64,000 nt of DNA from Phormidium sp. (lineage in GTDB: Bacteria > Cyanobacteriota > Cyanobacteriia > Cyanobacteriales > Aerosakkonemataceae): positions 416,001-480,000 of the forward strand of contig CP143273.1 of NCBI GenBank assembly GCA_051013385.1, given 5' to 3'. Position numbers and translations under genes: made by a program. The notes beneath the pieces were generated by a model. That model ran no database searches. It had not been told where the DNA came from and was given only the letters and a program-made list of their open reading frames with translations. Shown in pieces: positions 10,930 to 21,211 of this stretch. The stretch's first letter is position 1, and each line of letters starts with the position of its first letter.

Positions 10930-11751
10930 ATGACACAACTAATGACAAGAGTAATGACACAAGTAAACCCTCCTTCCAGACAGGTTATCGGCTTTCCAGT
11001 TACCGCCTTACCCTTCGACTCTCAAATGGCTGCGATCATGGAATGGGCTAAGCAGGGTTTAAGCAAAACAGTTTGTATTGCTAACGTCCATATGCTTGTA
11101 GAAGCTTATAAAAACTCCAGTTTTGCCAGTGTATTGCAAAAAGCGGATATGGTAACTCCAGACGGAATGCCTCTAGTTTGGATGCTCAGATTGTTAGGAG
11201 CCCGCAAGCAAGACCGTGTAGCAGGTTTAGATGTATTACAAGCGCTATGCGAGCAATCAACAAACGCTGGAGTTAAAGTATTTTTCCTTGGTTCTCAATC
11301 GGTAGTTCTTGATAAAATGCGCCAACGGTTAAATCAAGAATTTCCCAACCTCCAGATTGCTGGAATGGAACCCTTGCCATTCCGCCCTATGACTCCAGAG
11401 GAAGATGAAGCTCTCGTAGAAATGCTTAACCAAAGTGGAGCGGGAATCGTATTTGTGTGCTTGGGTTGTCCAAAGCAGGAAATTTGGATGGCTAACCATA
11501 AAGACCGTGTAAATGCGGTAATGATTGGATTAGGTGGTGCTTTCCCAGTTTATGCTGGACTCCACAAACGGGCTCCTGGTTTTGTGCGTGAGGCTGGCTT
11601 TGAGTGGCTCTATCGTTTATTACAAGAACCTCGTCGGCTTTGGGGACGCTACAGCAGCACAATTCCAATCTTCATTTGGTTAGCTTGCAAGCAGTTGTTG
11701 ACAGGTCAACGTCAGCAACTCCTTGAAGAGTATAACGATGCCACAATTTAG
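10930..11751 (+). CDS. WecB/TagA/CpsF family glycosyltransferase (GT26)
   Basis: ANVH, VTPDGMPLVW, LGCPKQEIW, EWLYRLLQEPRRLW. Confidence 0.93.
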   Translation: MTQLMTRVMTQVNPPSRQVIGFPVTALPFDSQMAAIMEWAKQGLSKTVCIANVHMLVEAYKNSSFASVLQKADMVTPDGMPLVWMLRLLGARKQDRVAGLDVLQALCEQSTNAGVKVFFLGSQSVVLDKMRQRLNQEFPNLQIAGMEPLPFRPMTPEEDEALVEMLNQSGAGIVFVCLGCPKQEIWMANHKDRVNAVMIGLGGAFPVYAGLHKRAPGFVREAGFEWLYRLLQEPRRLWGRYSSTIPIFIWLACKQLLTGQRQQLLEEYNDATI

Positions 11752-12043
11752 AAGCTGTTTCTGTAGAGAAGAGTTGGGAGAAAAATTGAGAAAGGGTGAT
11801 TTGTATCTATATATTGTTCTCCCGGCTCCTTGGTCGAAAAGCTGCTGTTTAGTCTCAAATTTTTGAATAATGAAGGTTAAATTTATATATGTAGTTAAAT
11901 TAATAACTTGTGCGATCGCCACAGTTATGGGAGAACCCAAAATAGAGTGCAGCTTGTTAAAAAGCTGACTTCTCTATTTTGAGTTCTCTCTTGTTTTTAG
12001 CTCATTTTCAATACCGTTTGTCAAGGCGTAAGAGGTAATTAAC

Positions 12044-13201
12044 ATGGGTGCTCCTCCCGTTAATCTGGAACGTTTGCAAAATGCAAATGAGTCCGCTTCC
12101 GATCGAAACCGAAAACAAAACATCGAAGGATTCGATTTTTTGCGGGCTATCTTTTCGGTTGTAATAGTTGCACTGAAAACCAGATTTTTCTATCTAGGAG
12201 AAATATTTGTTTCTGCTACTTTCGCCTATGCTTTGATGGCTAAAGTGGCTTATCTCGCCGTTCCGGTTTTCCTCCAAATGTCCTTGTTTTTATTCTACCT
12301 CAAAAGTGATAAATCAAGCTTTGTATACTTCCTGAAAAAGCGGCTTCCTCGACTAATCTTGCTTTATGTTTTTTGGGTAGGAACCTACCTGTTGTTTGAG
12401 ATTGTTGTTAAAGGTAATTCTGCCATACTCAAAGGTGTAACTTCATCACCCAGAAGCATGATTGAATTTATCATTAGTGGAGGTCAATCACCTTTCTTCT
12501 TTTTATTCAGTCTAATTTTCTTGACTACTCTGGCGGCGATCGTAGTTACCGCATTTAAAAAAATTGAAAACGAATCAGTAAAGCATTGGATTAGCTACGC
12601 TTTGCTTTTTGTCTCTGCACTAGCGGTTTTCTCTGTTTCCCTAATTCCATTTACAGTCACTCAACTTGGCGGTAATCCCGAAACAGGAATTGCTCGCTCC
12701 ATTTCTAGCATTGTTTTCTGGGATTATAATCCATTTTGTTTTTTACCCTATCTTTTTACTTCGCTGATAGTCATTCAAGATTTTAACAATGGAAAACTGG
12801 AACAATTTTCTTCATTTTTTAAGGTCAAGCTCTGTACGATACTAGCTTTGTTCATTGGGTTCACTATTATAGAATTCCACACTCTGGAAAAATTGCTTCA
12901 TTATTCCAGAATTTCTTTATTATTAGGTTCCTGGCTCCTGCTGTATCTTGCCTTGCTATCTCCTCTTCAAGCTCCTCCGATCGTTAAGTTTATTGCATCC
13001 TGTTCTTTAGGGATCTACGCATTTCACGTTCTTCTTACTGGTCTTACCTTGCCAATTATCGGTAATAATGAGTTTTTCAAAAATCTCTTTGAGACAGTTC
13101 CAGGCTCAGATATAGTGCTTGATTTTGTAGTAGTTTTAACTGGTTCTATTGCTCTTAGCTTCATCCTGAAAAGAATCAAAGTTTTGAAAGATTTTGTCTA
13201 A
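12044..13201 (+). CDS. Membrane-bound acyltransferase (Acyl_transf_3/OafA-like)
   Basis: IEGFDFLRAI, AVPVFL, KKRLPRL, SLGIYAFH; multiple TM helices. Confidence 0.85.
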   Translation: MGAPPVNLERLQNANESASDRNRKQNIEGFDFLRAIFSVVIVALKTRFFYLGEIFVSATFAYALMAKVAYLAVPVFLQMSLFLFYLKSDKSSFVYFLKKRLPRLILLYVFWVGTYLLFEIVVKGNSAILKGVTSSPRSMIEFIISGGQSPFFFLFSLIFLTTLAAIVVTAFKKIENESVKHWISYALLFVSALAVFSVSLIPFTVTQLGGNPETGIARSISSIVFWDYNPFCFLPYLFTSLIVIQDFNNGKLEQFSSFFKVKLCTILALFIGFTIIEFHTLEKLLHYSRISLLLGSWLLLYLALLSPLQAPPIVKFIASCSLGIYAFHVLLTGLTLPIIGNNEFFKNLFETVPGSDIVLDFVVVLTGSIALSFILKRIKVLKDFV

Positions 13202-13252
13202 AAAGCTAACTGAATAGAGAGAATTATTGCCTGAAATAATTTGGAGACATTC

Positions 13253-15229
13253 ATGTTTGTTTTACTACCAATCATTGCCTTTGTTCTTCTCTTCTTGAAT
13301 ATCTACAGTAGACAAAAGAAGTGCTGGCGTAGTTCTTTCCTCCTCTCATCTCTTGTCTGGGCAGTTTTATTAACTGCAACTACTGAGGTTTTAAGTCTTT
13401 TTAAATTGCTAACCTTTGGTTGGGTAATGAGTGCATGGTTATTAATCTGCACGCTGCTAGGTTTTTTCTATAAACTGACTTTCCCAAAGAGAAAGCCAGT
13501 TAATCAAAGGAGAAAACTAGTAAAAGATTTGCAAATTTTCCTCAAGCAGGATGGGATTTTAACAAATTCACAGACTCGGACTTGGCTGTTGGGAATTTTG
13601 TTTATTGTCAGTATGATTGGCTTAATTGCTATCATTGCGCCTCCTAATACCAATGATTCAATGGGCTACCACATGCCAAGGGTGATGCACTGGATACAAA
13701 ATCACACTGTTAATCATTTCCCAACTAATTATACAGCCCAGCTGTTTCTCTCTCCTTGGTCTGCGTTTGGGATTCTGCACTTTCAGATTTTAAGTGGTAG
13801 CGATCGCTTTGTAAATCTGGTGCAATGGTTTAGCATGATTGGTAGCATTATGGGAATTTCACTCATTGCTAAACAACTGGGCGCGAACCTTTATGGTCAA
13901 GTTTTTGCGGCTGTTTTTTGTGCAACTATTCCTATGGGAATCCTTCAGGGTTCGAGCACTCAAAATGATTATGTTGTTTCTTTTTGGTTGATTTGTTTAA
14001 TTCACTACATTTTGTTATCCTTGGAGGATAAAACCGGAAATAATTATGTTGTTCAAATCGGTCTTAGTTTAGCACTTGCTACTTTCGCTAAACCAACTGC
14101 CTATCTCTATTCATTTCCCTTTTTTGTATGGCTGTTTTTAGTAAAAGTTAAAGTATTGCGATGGCAGATTTATAAGCCTGCTGTGCAAGTGGCAATGCTA
14201 CTTTTTGTAGTTAATGGGTTTCATTGGATGCGGAACTTTAAAGTGTTCCGTAATCCCCTTGGCACATCACCGGAATACATTGTTTACACGAATAAAGAAT
14301 TTAGTATTCCCATCTTGCTTTCCAATATTATCAGAAACCTAGCTCTACATATTTCAACGCCTTCTGCTGGGATTAATAGTTCGATCATAAATGTGCTGTC
14401 TAGCATCCATTCTTTTCTGGGCGTAGATATTAACGATCCTCGCACAAGTTCTAGCAATTTTCAGCTGAATAGCTTGATAAACCATGAAGATTTGGCTGCG
14501 AATACTGCACATCTTTTGTTGATCTTTGTTGCGATCGCTTGTGCTGCTATAGCTTGGCGAAAAAAAGCTATTGATTCTTCCGCGATCAACTATATTTTGT
14601 GTATAATTGGTGGCTTTCTCTTGTTTTGTTCGCTGCTGGCATGGACTCCATTTCATACCAGGCTTCATCTACCCATGTTTGTCTTATCTTCCGCATTTGT
14701 TGGCTGTGTTTTAGCTAAACAATTGTCGATGAAGTTAGTGAATTTGGTTGTGACTTTCCTGCTGATTTCTTCATTATTTTGGGTCTTTTTCAGTGAAACT
14801 AGACCAGTTATTGCCAATAGTAACTTTATCAAAACTGGCAAACTGGAAAATTTATTCACTAAAAGCAGAACTGAGTTGTACTTTATGGGGCGACGGAACT
14901 ATAAAGTACCAATGATAGGGGCGGCTGACTTTATCAAATCTCAACAATGTTCCGATATTGGTATCACTTTCGATAAGTTGGACATTTACGAGTATCCTAT
15001 TTGGGCGTTATTAAAAACCCATGTAGATAAAAATTACCGAATCCAACACTTCGGGATAAACAATGTCTCACAAGTAAAACAGGAGTATGAGCAGTTTAAA
15101 AACTTTAATCCCTGTATAATTCTTGATGCCAGTGGCAAGATTCTAGAAAAAATGCCCGAACAAAAAAATAACTACACTCAGAAATGGTTTCTCTCTCCAG
15201 TCAGCGTCTTGATAAAAACAAACGATTAA
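13253..15229 (+). CDS. Polytopic GT-C-type (ArnT/PMT-like) glycosyltransferase
   Basis: Many TM helices, loop APPNTNDSMGYHMPRV, STQND, KPTAY; paralog of 21212-23170. Confidence 0.72.
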   Translation: MFVLLPIIAFVLLFLNIYSRQKKCWRSSFLLSSLVWAVLLTATTEVLSLFKLLTFGWVMSAWLLICTLLGFFYKLTFPKRKPVNQRRKLVKDLQIFLKQDGILTNSQTRTWLLGILFIVSMIGLIAIIAPPNTNDSMGYHMPRVMHWIQNHTVNHFPTNYTAQLFLSPWSAFGILHFQILSGSDRFVNLVQWFSMIGSIMGISLIAKQLGANLYGQVFAAVFCATIPMGILQGSSTQNDYVVSFWLICLIHYILLSLEDKTGNNYVVQIGLSLALATFAKPTAYLYSFPFFVWLFLVKVKVLRWQIYKPAVQVAMLLFVVNGFHWMRNFKVFRNPLGTSPEYIVYTNKEFSIPILLSNIIRNLALHISTPSAGINSSIINVLSSIHSFLGVDINDPRTSSSNFQLNSLINHEDLAANTAHLLLIFVAIACAAIAWRKKAIDSSAINYILCIIGGFLLFCSLLAWTPFHTRLHLPMFVLSSAFVGCVLAKQLSMKLVNLVVTFLLISSLFWVFFSETRPVIANSNFIKTGKLENLFTKSRTELYFMGRRNYKVPMIGAADFIKSQQCSDIGITFDKLDIYEYPIWALLKTHVDKNYRIQHFGINNVSQVKQEYEQFKNFNPCIILDASGKILEKMPEQKNNYTQKWFLSPVSVLIKTND

Positions 15230-15549
15230 CTGTTTTAGCAGTCCCAATCTTGTTTTAACAGTTTAAAAAGTTTGGAGAGAAATTTATCCTGTATATTTTG
15301 TCAATGTTTCAAAGCTTTCCTCAAGAAAGCTTTGAAATTTCTAAATATTTTCCTAACAATAATTTTATACTCGCTCTCAGCCAAATGATGTAAAGTTATA
15401 TACTAGAGACTAAAAATAAATTTTTGATTTTTGTTGTTCCTTCGATCGCTCTCAGCCAGACTATCAGCTAAGTAAAGCGTTTGAGAAATTTTGTGCAAAC
15501 GTTTTTGCTGCCTATGTGTTTGTTTAAAAAGGATTAAGTGGTAGCCAAT

Positions 15550-16698
15550 ATGACTGATTTTTGTGTTAATCCCCAAAATTTGCCAAACGTAAATCAAGCA
15601 GAGTCTACGAAAAAGTCTGAGAAAAATATCGAAGGATTTGATTTTCTCCGGGCTATTTTTTCGGTAATCGTCGTTGCCATCCATTCCGATTTTTTCCTGT
15701 TAGGAGAAGTTCTGGGTTCAACTTTCTTAACAACGCTGTTTAGAGCCAATGTAGGCTATATTGCAGTTCCGGTTTTTTTCCAAATATCACTGTTTTTATT
15801 TTACTCCAAAAGTGAGAAAGTTGGCTCGCAATATTTTCTGAAAAAGCGGTTTCCTAAGCTAGTTTATTTGTATCTTTTTTGGCTGACTTCCCTCATAGTA
15901 TTTGATGTAGTCTTTAAAGAAGACTCAGTTTTTAGAAAGGGAGTGGGGTCGCTTAAGGTATTTGTAGAAATTATGGTGAGTGGGAATACATCACCGTTTT
16001 ATTTCTTCTTTTCTTTGATTTTTATTACAACCATTACAGAAATTGTGATTGTTCTGCTCAGAAAGATAAAGAATCCTTTAGTCAGAGCCAGAATTAATTA
16101 TGGGTTACTGTTTGCTTCCTGTGGTTTAGTTTTTACTCTTTCTTTCATAGAACCGATTGCTAATAATTTGCCAGGGATTCGCGAACTAAAATTGACATCT
16201 CTGATTAGCAGTCTGAGCGCATGGCATTATGACCCCTTAAATTTTCTGCCGTACATCTTCACAACAGCGATCGTAGTTCAGGAATTTAAAGAGGGTAAAC
16301 TAAACAAATTGACTTCCTCTCTTAAATTCAAAATGTACACATTGCTGGCTTTGTTTATCATGTTTACCCTCATCGAGTGGAGTCAGCTTAAAGAATTAGT
16401 TCATTATGCGAGAATCTCGATCGTTTTTGGTTCGTGGTTGCTTTTGTATCTAGCTTTGCTATCAAATCGTAAAGCTCCTCAAGTTATCAAGTTTCTCTCA
16501 GGTTGTTCTTTAGGAATCTATGTATTTCACCCTTTCTTCACCCATATTTTCTTCCCTGTTAACCCTCATATTCGGCTCGCTCTTTCTCAAATAATGCCCG
16601 GTTTACATCTTGTGGTTGAATTTTTGGTTGCTATAATTGGTTCGATCGCTCTCACCCTAATTTTTAGAAAAATTAAGGTTTTGAGAGACTTTGTTTAA
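15550..16698 (+). CDS. Membrane-bound acyltransferase (Acyl_transf_3), paralog of 12044-13201
   Basis: NIEGFDFLRAIFSVIVVAIH, AVPVFF, SLGIYVFH. Confidence 0.87.
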   Translation: MTDFCVNPQNLPNVNQAESTKKSEKNIEGFDFLRAIFSVIVVAIHSDFFLLGEVLGSTFLTTLFRANVGYIAVPVFFQISLFLFYSKSEKVGSQYFLKKRFPKLVYLYLFWLTSLIVFDVVFKEDSVFRKGVGSLKVFVEIMVSGNTSPFYFFFSLIFITTITEIVIVLLRKIKNPLVRARINYGLLFASCGLVFTLSFIEPIANNLPGIRELKLTSLISSLSAWHYDPLNFLPYIFTTAIVVQEFKEGKLNKLTSSLKFKMYTLLALFIMFTLIEWSQLKELVHYARISIVFGSWLLLYLALLSNRKAPQVIKFLSGCSLGIYVFHPFFTHIFFPVNPHIRLALSQIMPGLHLVVEFLVAIIGSIALTLIFRKIKVLRDFV

Positions 16699-16712
16699 GA
16701 TTATCTATTGTC

Positions 16713-17315
16713 ATGAAACTGAAATCAGTACTGAAAACAATCTTTTGGCAATATCAAAAGAGTCGATTGGGCGAGCTTGGAAAAAATTCCGATGTTAATT
16801 TACTCGCAGACTTAAGAGGTAACAAAAAGAAAATTTACATTGGGGAAAATAGTACGATATGTAAGTATTCGTCTCTGGAAGTAGATCCGACGGACAACAG
16901 CGAGTCTAAAATAGTCATAGGCGATCGCACTCTGATTAGTTCTTTTGTTGTTTTCCGAACATACGGCGGCTCAATAATAATCGGAAATGGCTGTTTTGTC
17001 AATTCTTTTTCGGCTCTTTATGGTCATGGAAATTTGATAATTGGCAACAATACTCTAATTGGGCCACAGGTAACAATCGTTCCGGCAAACTACGGTTTGA
17101 AAGAACGAGATATACCGTTCCGAGAGCAACCTTCAACGAAGAAGGGAATTAAAATCGGAGAAAATGTTTGGATTGGTGCAGGAGTGACAATTGTCGATGG
17201 TTGTGTTATCGGCAATGGTTGCATAATTGGCGCAGGAGCAGTTGTCACTAAGAATGTTGAACCTTACTCAATTGTTGGCGGAGTTCCGGCGAAGTTGATA
17301 GCTGTAAGAGAGTAA
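16713..17315 (+). CDS. Hexapeptide-repeat (left-handed beta-helix) O-acetyltransferase
   Basis: IGENVWIGAGVTIVDGCVIGNGCIIGAGAVV and GGVPAK. Confidence 0.92.
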   Translation: MKLKSVLKTIFWQYQKSRLGELGKNSDVNLLADLRGNKKKIYIGENSTICKYSSLEVDPTDNSESKIVIGDRTLISSFVVFRTYGGSIIIGNGCFVNSFSALYGHGNLIIGNNTLIGPQVTIVPANYGLKERDIPFREQPSTKKGIKIGENVWIGAGVTIVDGCVIGNGCIIGAGAVVTKNVEPYSIVGGVPAKLIAVRE

Positions 17316-17391
17316 AAAACTGATTCCTCATTACTAAAATTGTGTTCTCTTGTTCAGTAATTTCAAAGGATTGTTTATAGGCAGTGGCTAA

Positions 17392-20300
17392 ATGGATGCA
17401 AGCATAAAGTTTCACTTTCAATCAATCAGATACACTTTCCCTAAGTGGCTGAAAAAGCATCAAGTAGATAGTTCAATTACTGTTATCCTTGCCATTGGGT
17501 TTGCCATTGTTAGCTACCTGAGCGCTCAACAGATTCCCGATGCACTTCTGACGGATTTCTATGCTCAGGATGTCTGGTTTGGCAGCGACATTCCGACAGT
17601 TTTTGGGAATATGACCAGTATCGCTAGTGATAATGGTCGCAATAATAAACACCCTTTATTTCCTTTACTGGCCTTTCCGTTAGTCTTTGGATTGGGAAAA
17701 ATATTTAACCTCGATCCGGTGGCAGCTGCAAGACTGGTAACTGCTTTGATTGCAGGAGTTTGGATAGGAGCGCTTTATGTTTTATTCCGGCTAATGCGTT
17801 GTCCGCGATTGGATGCTAGCATCTTTAGCTTATTAGGCGCAGTTAGTTCGGCAGCGGTTTTTTGGTTTGTGGTGCCAGAGTCTTTTTCCTCTGGTTCGCT
17901 TTCCCTATTATTGCCATTAATTCTGCTGCCATTGGCAGAAATTCAGAAAGTATCGACCGTTTGGTATGTGTTACTGAGCGGGTTTTCAGTAAGCATTACA
18001 ATCACCAACTGGATGTCGGGACTTCTGGCGACATTTGTCAGCTTTCGCCCGAAAAAAGCGTTTCAAATTACGATCGTAACTTTTGCGATCGTCAATGTGC
18101 TTTGGATTCTACAACGATTAGTTTTTACTAATGCTGGATTTCCCTTTGCTCCCAAGACATTTATTGGCGAAAAGAAGTTCATGTCGGCACCAGAGTCCGA
18201 CAGTGTTTTGTCAGCAGTTAGCTCCTTTTTCTATCAAACGATCGTCATGCCTGCGATCGAAATTAAAGACTCACCAATTCGACCCGATTGGGTTAAGCTG
18301 GCGACTAACACCTTAAATCCAGGCTCAGGGGGAATTTGGGGAACGATCGCCGCAATCTGCTGGACAGGTTTGTTATTAATGGGAATCTGGGCATTTTTCA
18401 CCACCAAAAAACAGCCTAAATTAAGAATTGCTCTCGGACTGGTGATTGTCGGACAACTGCTGATTCACAGCGTTTATGGAGCCAGAGAAACCTTTATTTA
18501 TTCCCTACATTTCGCCCCATTATTGCTAATTTTGGTGGCGTTTACTTCCCTGACTCGCCTCCGTTTGCTGGCGTTAGTTTTGGCAGGATTGACTGTTGTC
18601 AGTGCGGGAATTAATAATCGATCGCAATACAACCGAGTCACAGCTACCTTACAAACTTATGGAACTCCCCAACAACAAGTAGAAGCACAAATGCGTCTCC
18701 GTCCCGGAGATCCCTGGCTTCGCAATGTCGGACATATTGTACTGGGAACTCCCGGTAGCCGCGCCGAAGACAAAGCCTACTATGAACCTGGTGGCAGCTT
18801 TAGTCCGGTAGCTGGCAGTTTCGGGGTTTCGATCTGGATGGTAGATAAAAATGGCTTCCTGAAAGCCACCAGCGACAATATCCCTCTAGATAAGATTAAG
18901 CAACAATTTGCCAATCTCCCCGATCGGCAAATACCGGGAATTTTTACCACAACTGAATACTATCAAACCTACTGGTCTGCCCCAAAACCAGGAACTTGGG
19001 ATTTAAACTTGAAAACCCCGGCTAATTCACAAACTCGACCTGTATTGGTAATTCGCAGTGTGGGGCCAGCAGGCGGCGCGATCGAATCATTAAACTGGGA
19101 TGGTCAGAGGTTGCTGATCAATAATCGTTGGTCTGTGAAACTAGACCGCACTCCAGCTAAAGTACATCTGGGTAGCGAAACCTCACCGAATTGGATTTCT
19201 CAATCATCAGTTGTCAAGCAATGGGAAGATAAAAGGGGTTGGGGCTATGCGCGGATCGAACTGGCTCCTGGCGACAATAGCATTCAACTGGCAAACTTTA
19301 CTTCTGCGCCGACTACCCTAAATGCGACTAAAGCCTCGTCGGATCTGGTTTTGGATTTACCCGATCGCAGATTTGTAGAAACCGCTAACGCCCAAGTTGC
19401 TCATCTGATGATGGGGCTTGTAGGCAATCGTACCACTCCTAGCGACCCCATAAGCTACCCGCTGCCACGTTTCCAAGAAGGCGCTTATCAATTAGTGGCT
19501 CTCGCCCGTGCCGGAAAATTAGATGTGGCAAGGCAGCTATCCGGTTACTTTGCAGAAACCGACTTTGTAGATGGGATTCAATGGAAAGCAAATGTTCCGG
19601 CTTTGGGAATCTGGGCATTGGCAGAGGTTGCCGAGCAAGTGAATCAGCCAGAGTACGATCGCTTCCTGTGGCCTCACATTCAGCGTAAAGCCCAGTTGAT
19701 TATGAATATGCTCACCACAAACCGACCGGGCTACCCAGTGGTGGAAAAATCAAAGGCTCCTTTTGCCGAACAACCAGACTTTCTGGAAACCGATTTGGTT
19801 GCAGGCAAAATGGACAATCAACCGGATTTGATTAGCCTCGATCCCTCAGCAAGCATGATGAGCTATCGTGCTCTGTTGGATGCAGCGACTATTGCCGATC
19901 GAGTTGGGCAAAGCGCGATCGGGAAAACCTGGCGTTCCGAAGCTCTGAAGTTACAAGCAGCTTGGGAAGAATCATTTAAATTCGTCTTCGCTACTACTCC
20001 CGAAACCTACACTACCAGTTTGTGGCCTAGCGGGATTGGGTCTTCTAATCGGGAAGTGTTGACTCAAGAACTGGAACGGCGCTGGAATGAATCCCACGAT
20101 ACTAACGGATCTTTACGTCAACCTGTAACTCCATTTCTCAATTTGGCAGAAACTCACCAATGGCTAGTTTTGGGTAAGAGCGATCGAGTCTGGAATAACC
20201 TGCAATGGTTTTGGCAAAATCAAGCTTCCCCTGGTTTATATACTTGGTGGACAGACAACAATAAAATCGGCGAGCTACCCAAGAGTTTCTCCCAATGGCA

Positions 20301-20628
20301 TCGTTATCGCGGTTGGATTAACCCTCCCAGCGTTACACCCGATTACGGTAGCGCTGCCCAAATGCTGCTTTTGCAATTGGATATGTTGACTTATGTCGAT
20401 CGAGAAAAGAGCGAACCTACCTTAGTTATTGGTGCTGGAATTCCTAAAACATGGCTCGATAAGTCGATCGGTGTTAAAGGTTTACAAGTTGGCGGAAATT
20501 CCGTTAATTGGACTTGGGATGGTAAACAAATCAAAGTCGAAATGACAGGAAGAAAGATGAATGTACAACTAGGAAATGCTTTTCCTGCTAATACATCGGT
20601 AAATCTTGTCATGTCACCAACAACCTGA
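17392..20628 (+). CDS. Large membrane protein: polytopic N-terminus fused to a soluble, possibly glycoside hydrolase-like domain
   Basis: About 10 TM helices in aa 25-410 (KHPLF, VPES motifs), then a Trp-rich soluble region with helical character ending LVIGAGIP..W. Confidence 0.7.
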   Translation: MDASIKFHFQSIRYTFPKWLKKHQVDSSITVILAIGFAIVSYLSAQQIPDALLTDFYAQDVWFGSDIPTVFGNMTSIASDNGRNNKHPLFPLLAFPLVFGLGKIFNLDPVAAARLVTALIAGVWIGALYVLFRLMRCPRLDASIFSLLGAVSSAAVFWFVVPESFSSGSLSLLLPLILLPLAEIQKVSTVWYVLLSGFSVSITITNWMSGLLATFVSFRPKKAFQITIVTFAIVNVLWILQRLVFTNAGFPFAPKTFIGEKKFMSAPESDSVLSAVSSFFYQTIVMPAIEIKDSPIRPDWVKLATNTLNPGSGGIWGTIAAICWTGLLLMGIWAFFTTKKQPKLRIALGLVIVGQLLIHSVYGARETFIYSLHFAPLLLILVAFTSLTRLRLLALVLAGLTVVSAGINNRSQYNRVTATLQTYGTPQQQVEAQMRLRPGDPWLRNVGHIVLGTPGSRAEDKAYYEPGGSFSPVAGSFGVSIWMVDKNGFLKATSDNIPLDKIKQQFANLPDRQIPGIFTTTEYYQTYWSAPKPGTWDLNLKTPANSQTRPVLVIRSVGPAGGAIESLNWDGQRLLINNRWSVKLDRTPAKVHLGSETSPNWISQSSVVKQWEDKRGWGYARIELAPGDNSIQLANFTSAPTTLNATKASSDLVLDLPDRRFVETANAQVAHLMMGLVGNRTTPSDPISYPLPRFQEGAYQLVALARAGKLDVARQLSGYFAETDFVDGIQWKANVPALGIWALAEVAEQVNQPEYDRFLWPHIQRKAQLIMNMLTTNRPGYPVVEKSKAPFAEQPDFLETDLVAGKMDNQPDLISLDPSASMMSYRALLDAATIADRVGQSAIGKTWRSEALKLQAAWEESFKFVFATTPETYTTSLWPSGIGSSNREVLTQELERRWNESHDTNGSLRQPVTPFLNLAETHQWLVLGKSDRVWNNLQWFWQNQASPGLYTWWTDNNKIGELPKSFSQWHRYRGWINPPSVTPDYGSAAQMLLLQLDMLTYVDREKSEPTLVIGAGIPKTWLDKSIGVKGLQVGGNSVNWTWDGKQIKVEMTGRKMNVQLGNAFPANTSVNLVMSPTT

Positions 20629-20674
20629 TAAATTTAATAAGTAGGTTGTGTTTATCTACTTATTAAATAAAAAG

Positions 20675-20802
20675 TAAGCTGTTACGCATTTAAATCACTT
20701 ATTAAAGAGTAGGGTGCGTCAGACGGTAAAACCTTATATAGAAAGGAAAATATCTCAATCTGACGCACCCTACAATATGACTTTTAAATGCCTAAAAGTT
20801 TA
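20675..20802. mobile_element. 128-bp MITE-like element, copy 1, with a nested GTAG palindrome
   Basis: Outer IR TAAGCTGTTACGCATTTAAA / degenerate TTTAAATGCCTAAAAGTTTA; inner GTAGGGTGCGTCAGA..TCTGACGCACCCTAC; near-identical to 48753-48880. Confidence 0.8.
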
Positions 20803-20806
20803 ATAA

Positions 20807-21080
20807 CTGGCTACCAACCCAAGCCGGGACACATCTGTTCCCTGTTCGGGATTTCCCTGTTCCCTTTCCCCACCAAAATGTCCCGCTCGATTACCAATAG
20901 CCTAATAACTCAAGTTGTTAGTTATGAGTTGGTTTAAATGCCTTCCCTTACCTCTGAAAGTAGCAACTTGAATTAATACGGAAAGAAAAATGGCTAACAA
21001 CTGAAGTTGGGACAAGGTAAAAAAATATTTGTTTCCTGCTCCCTTACCTCACCAAAATGTCCCGCTTTAAACCAATAGCT
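20807..21080. repeat. Two degenerate copies of an IR-bounded repeat flanking a third palindromic element
   Basis: TGGCTA.CAAC..AAG..GGGACA...CACCAAAATGTCCCGCT....ACCAATAGC at ~20807-20902 and ~20990-21078. Confidence 0.6.
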
Positions 21081-21211
21081 AAATAAAGTTTTAATTCCCT
21101 GAAAGTTTTATCGGCTAGGTTCAAATTCAAGTTTAACCTATTGGCTTGGCGATCGTTTGATAGCCATTTTGATCCTGCTGTTCTATTACTAAACTTAAAA
21201 AGGATCTAGCT

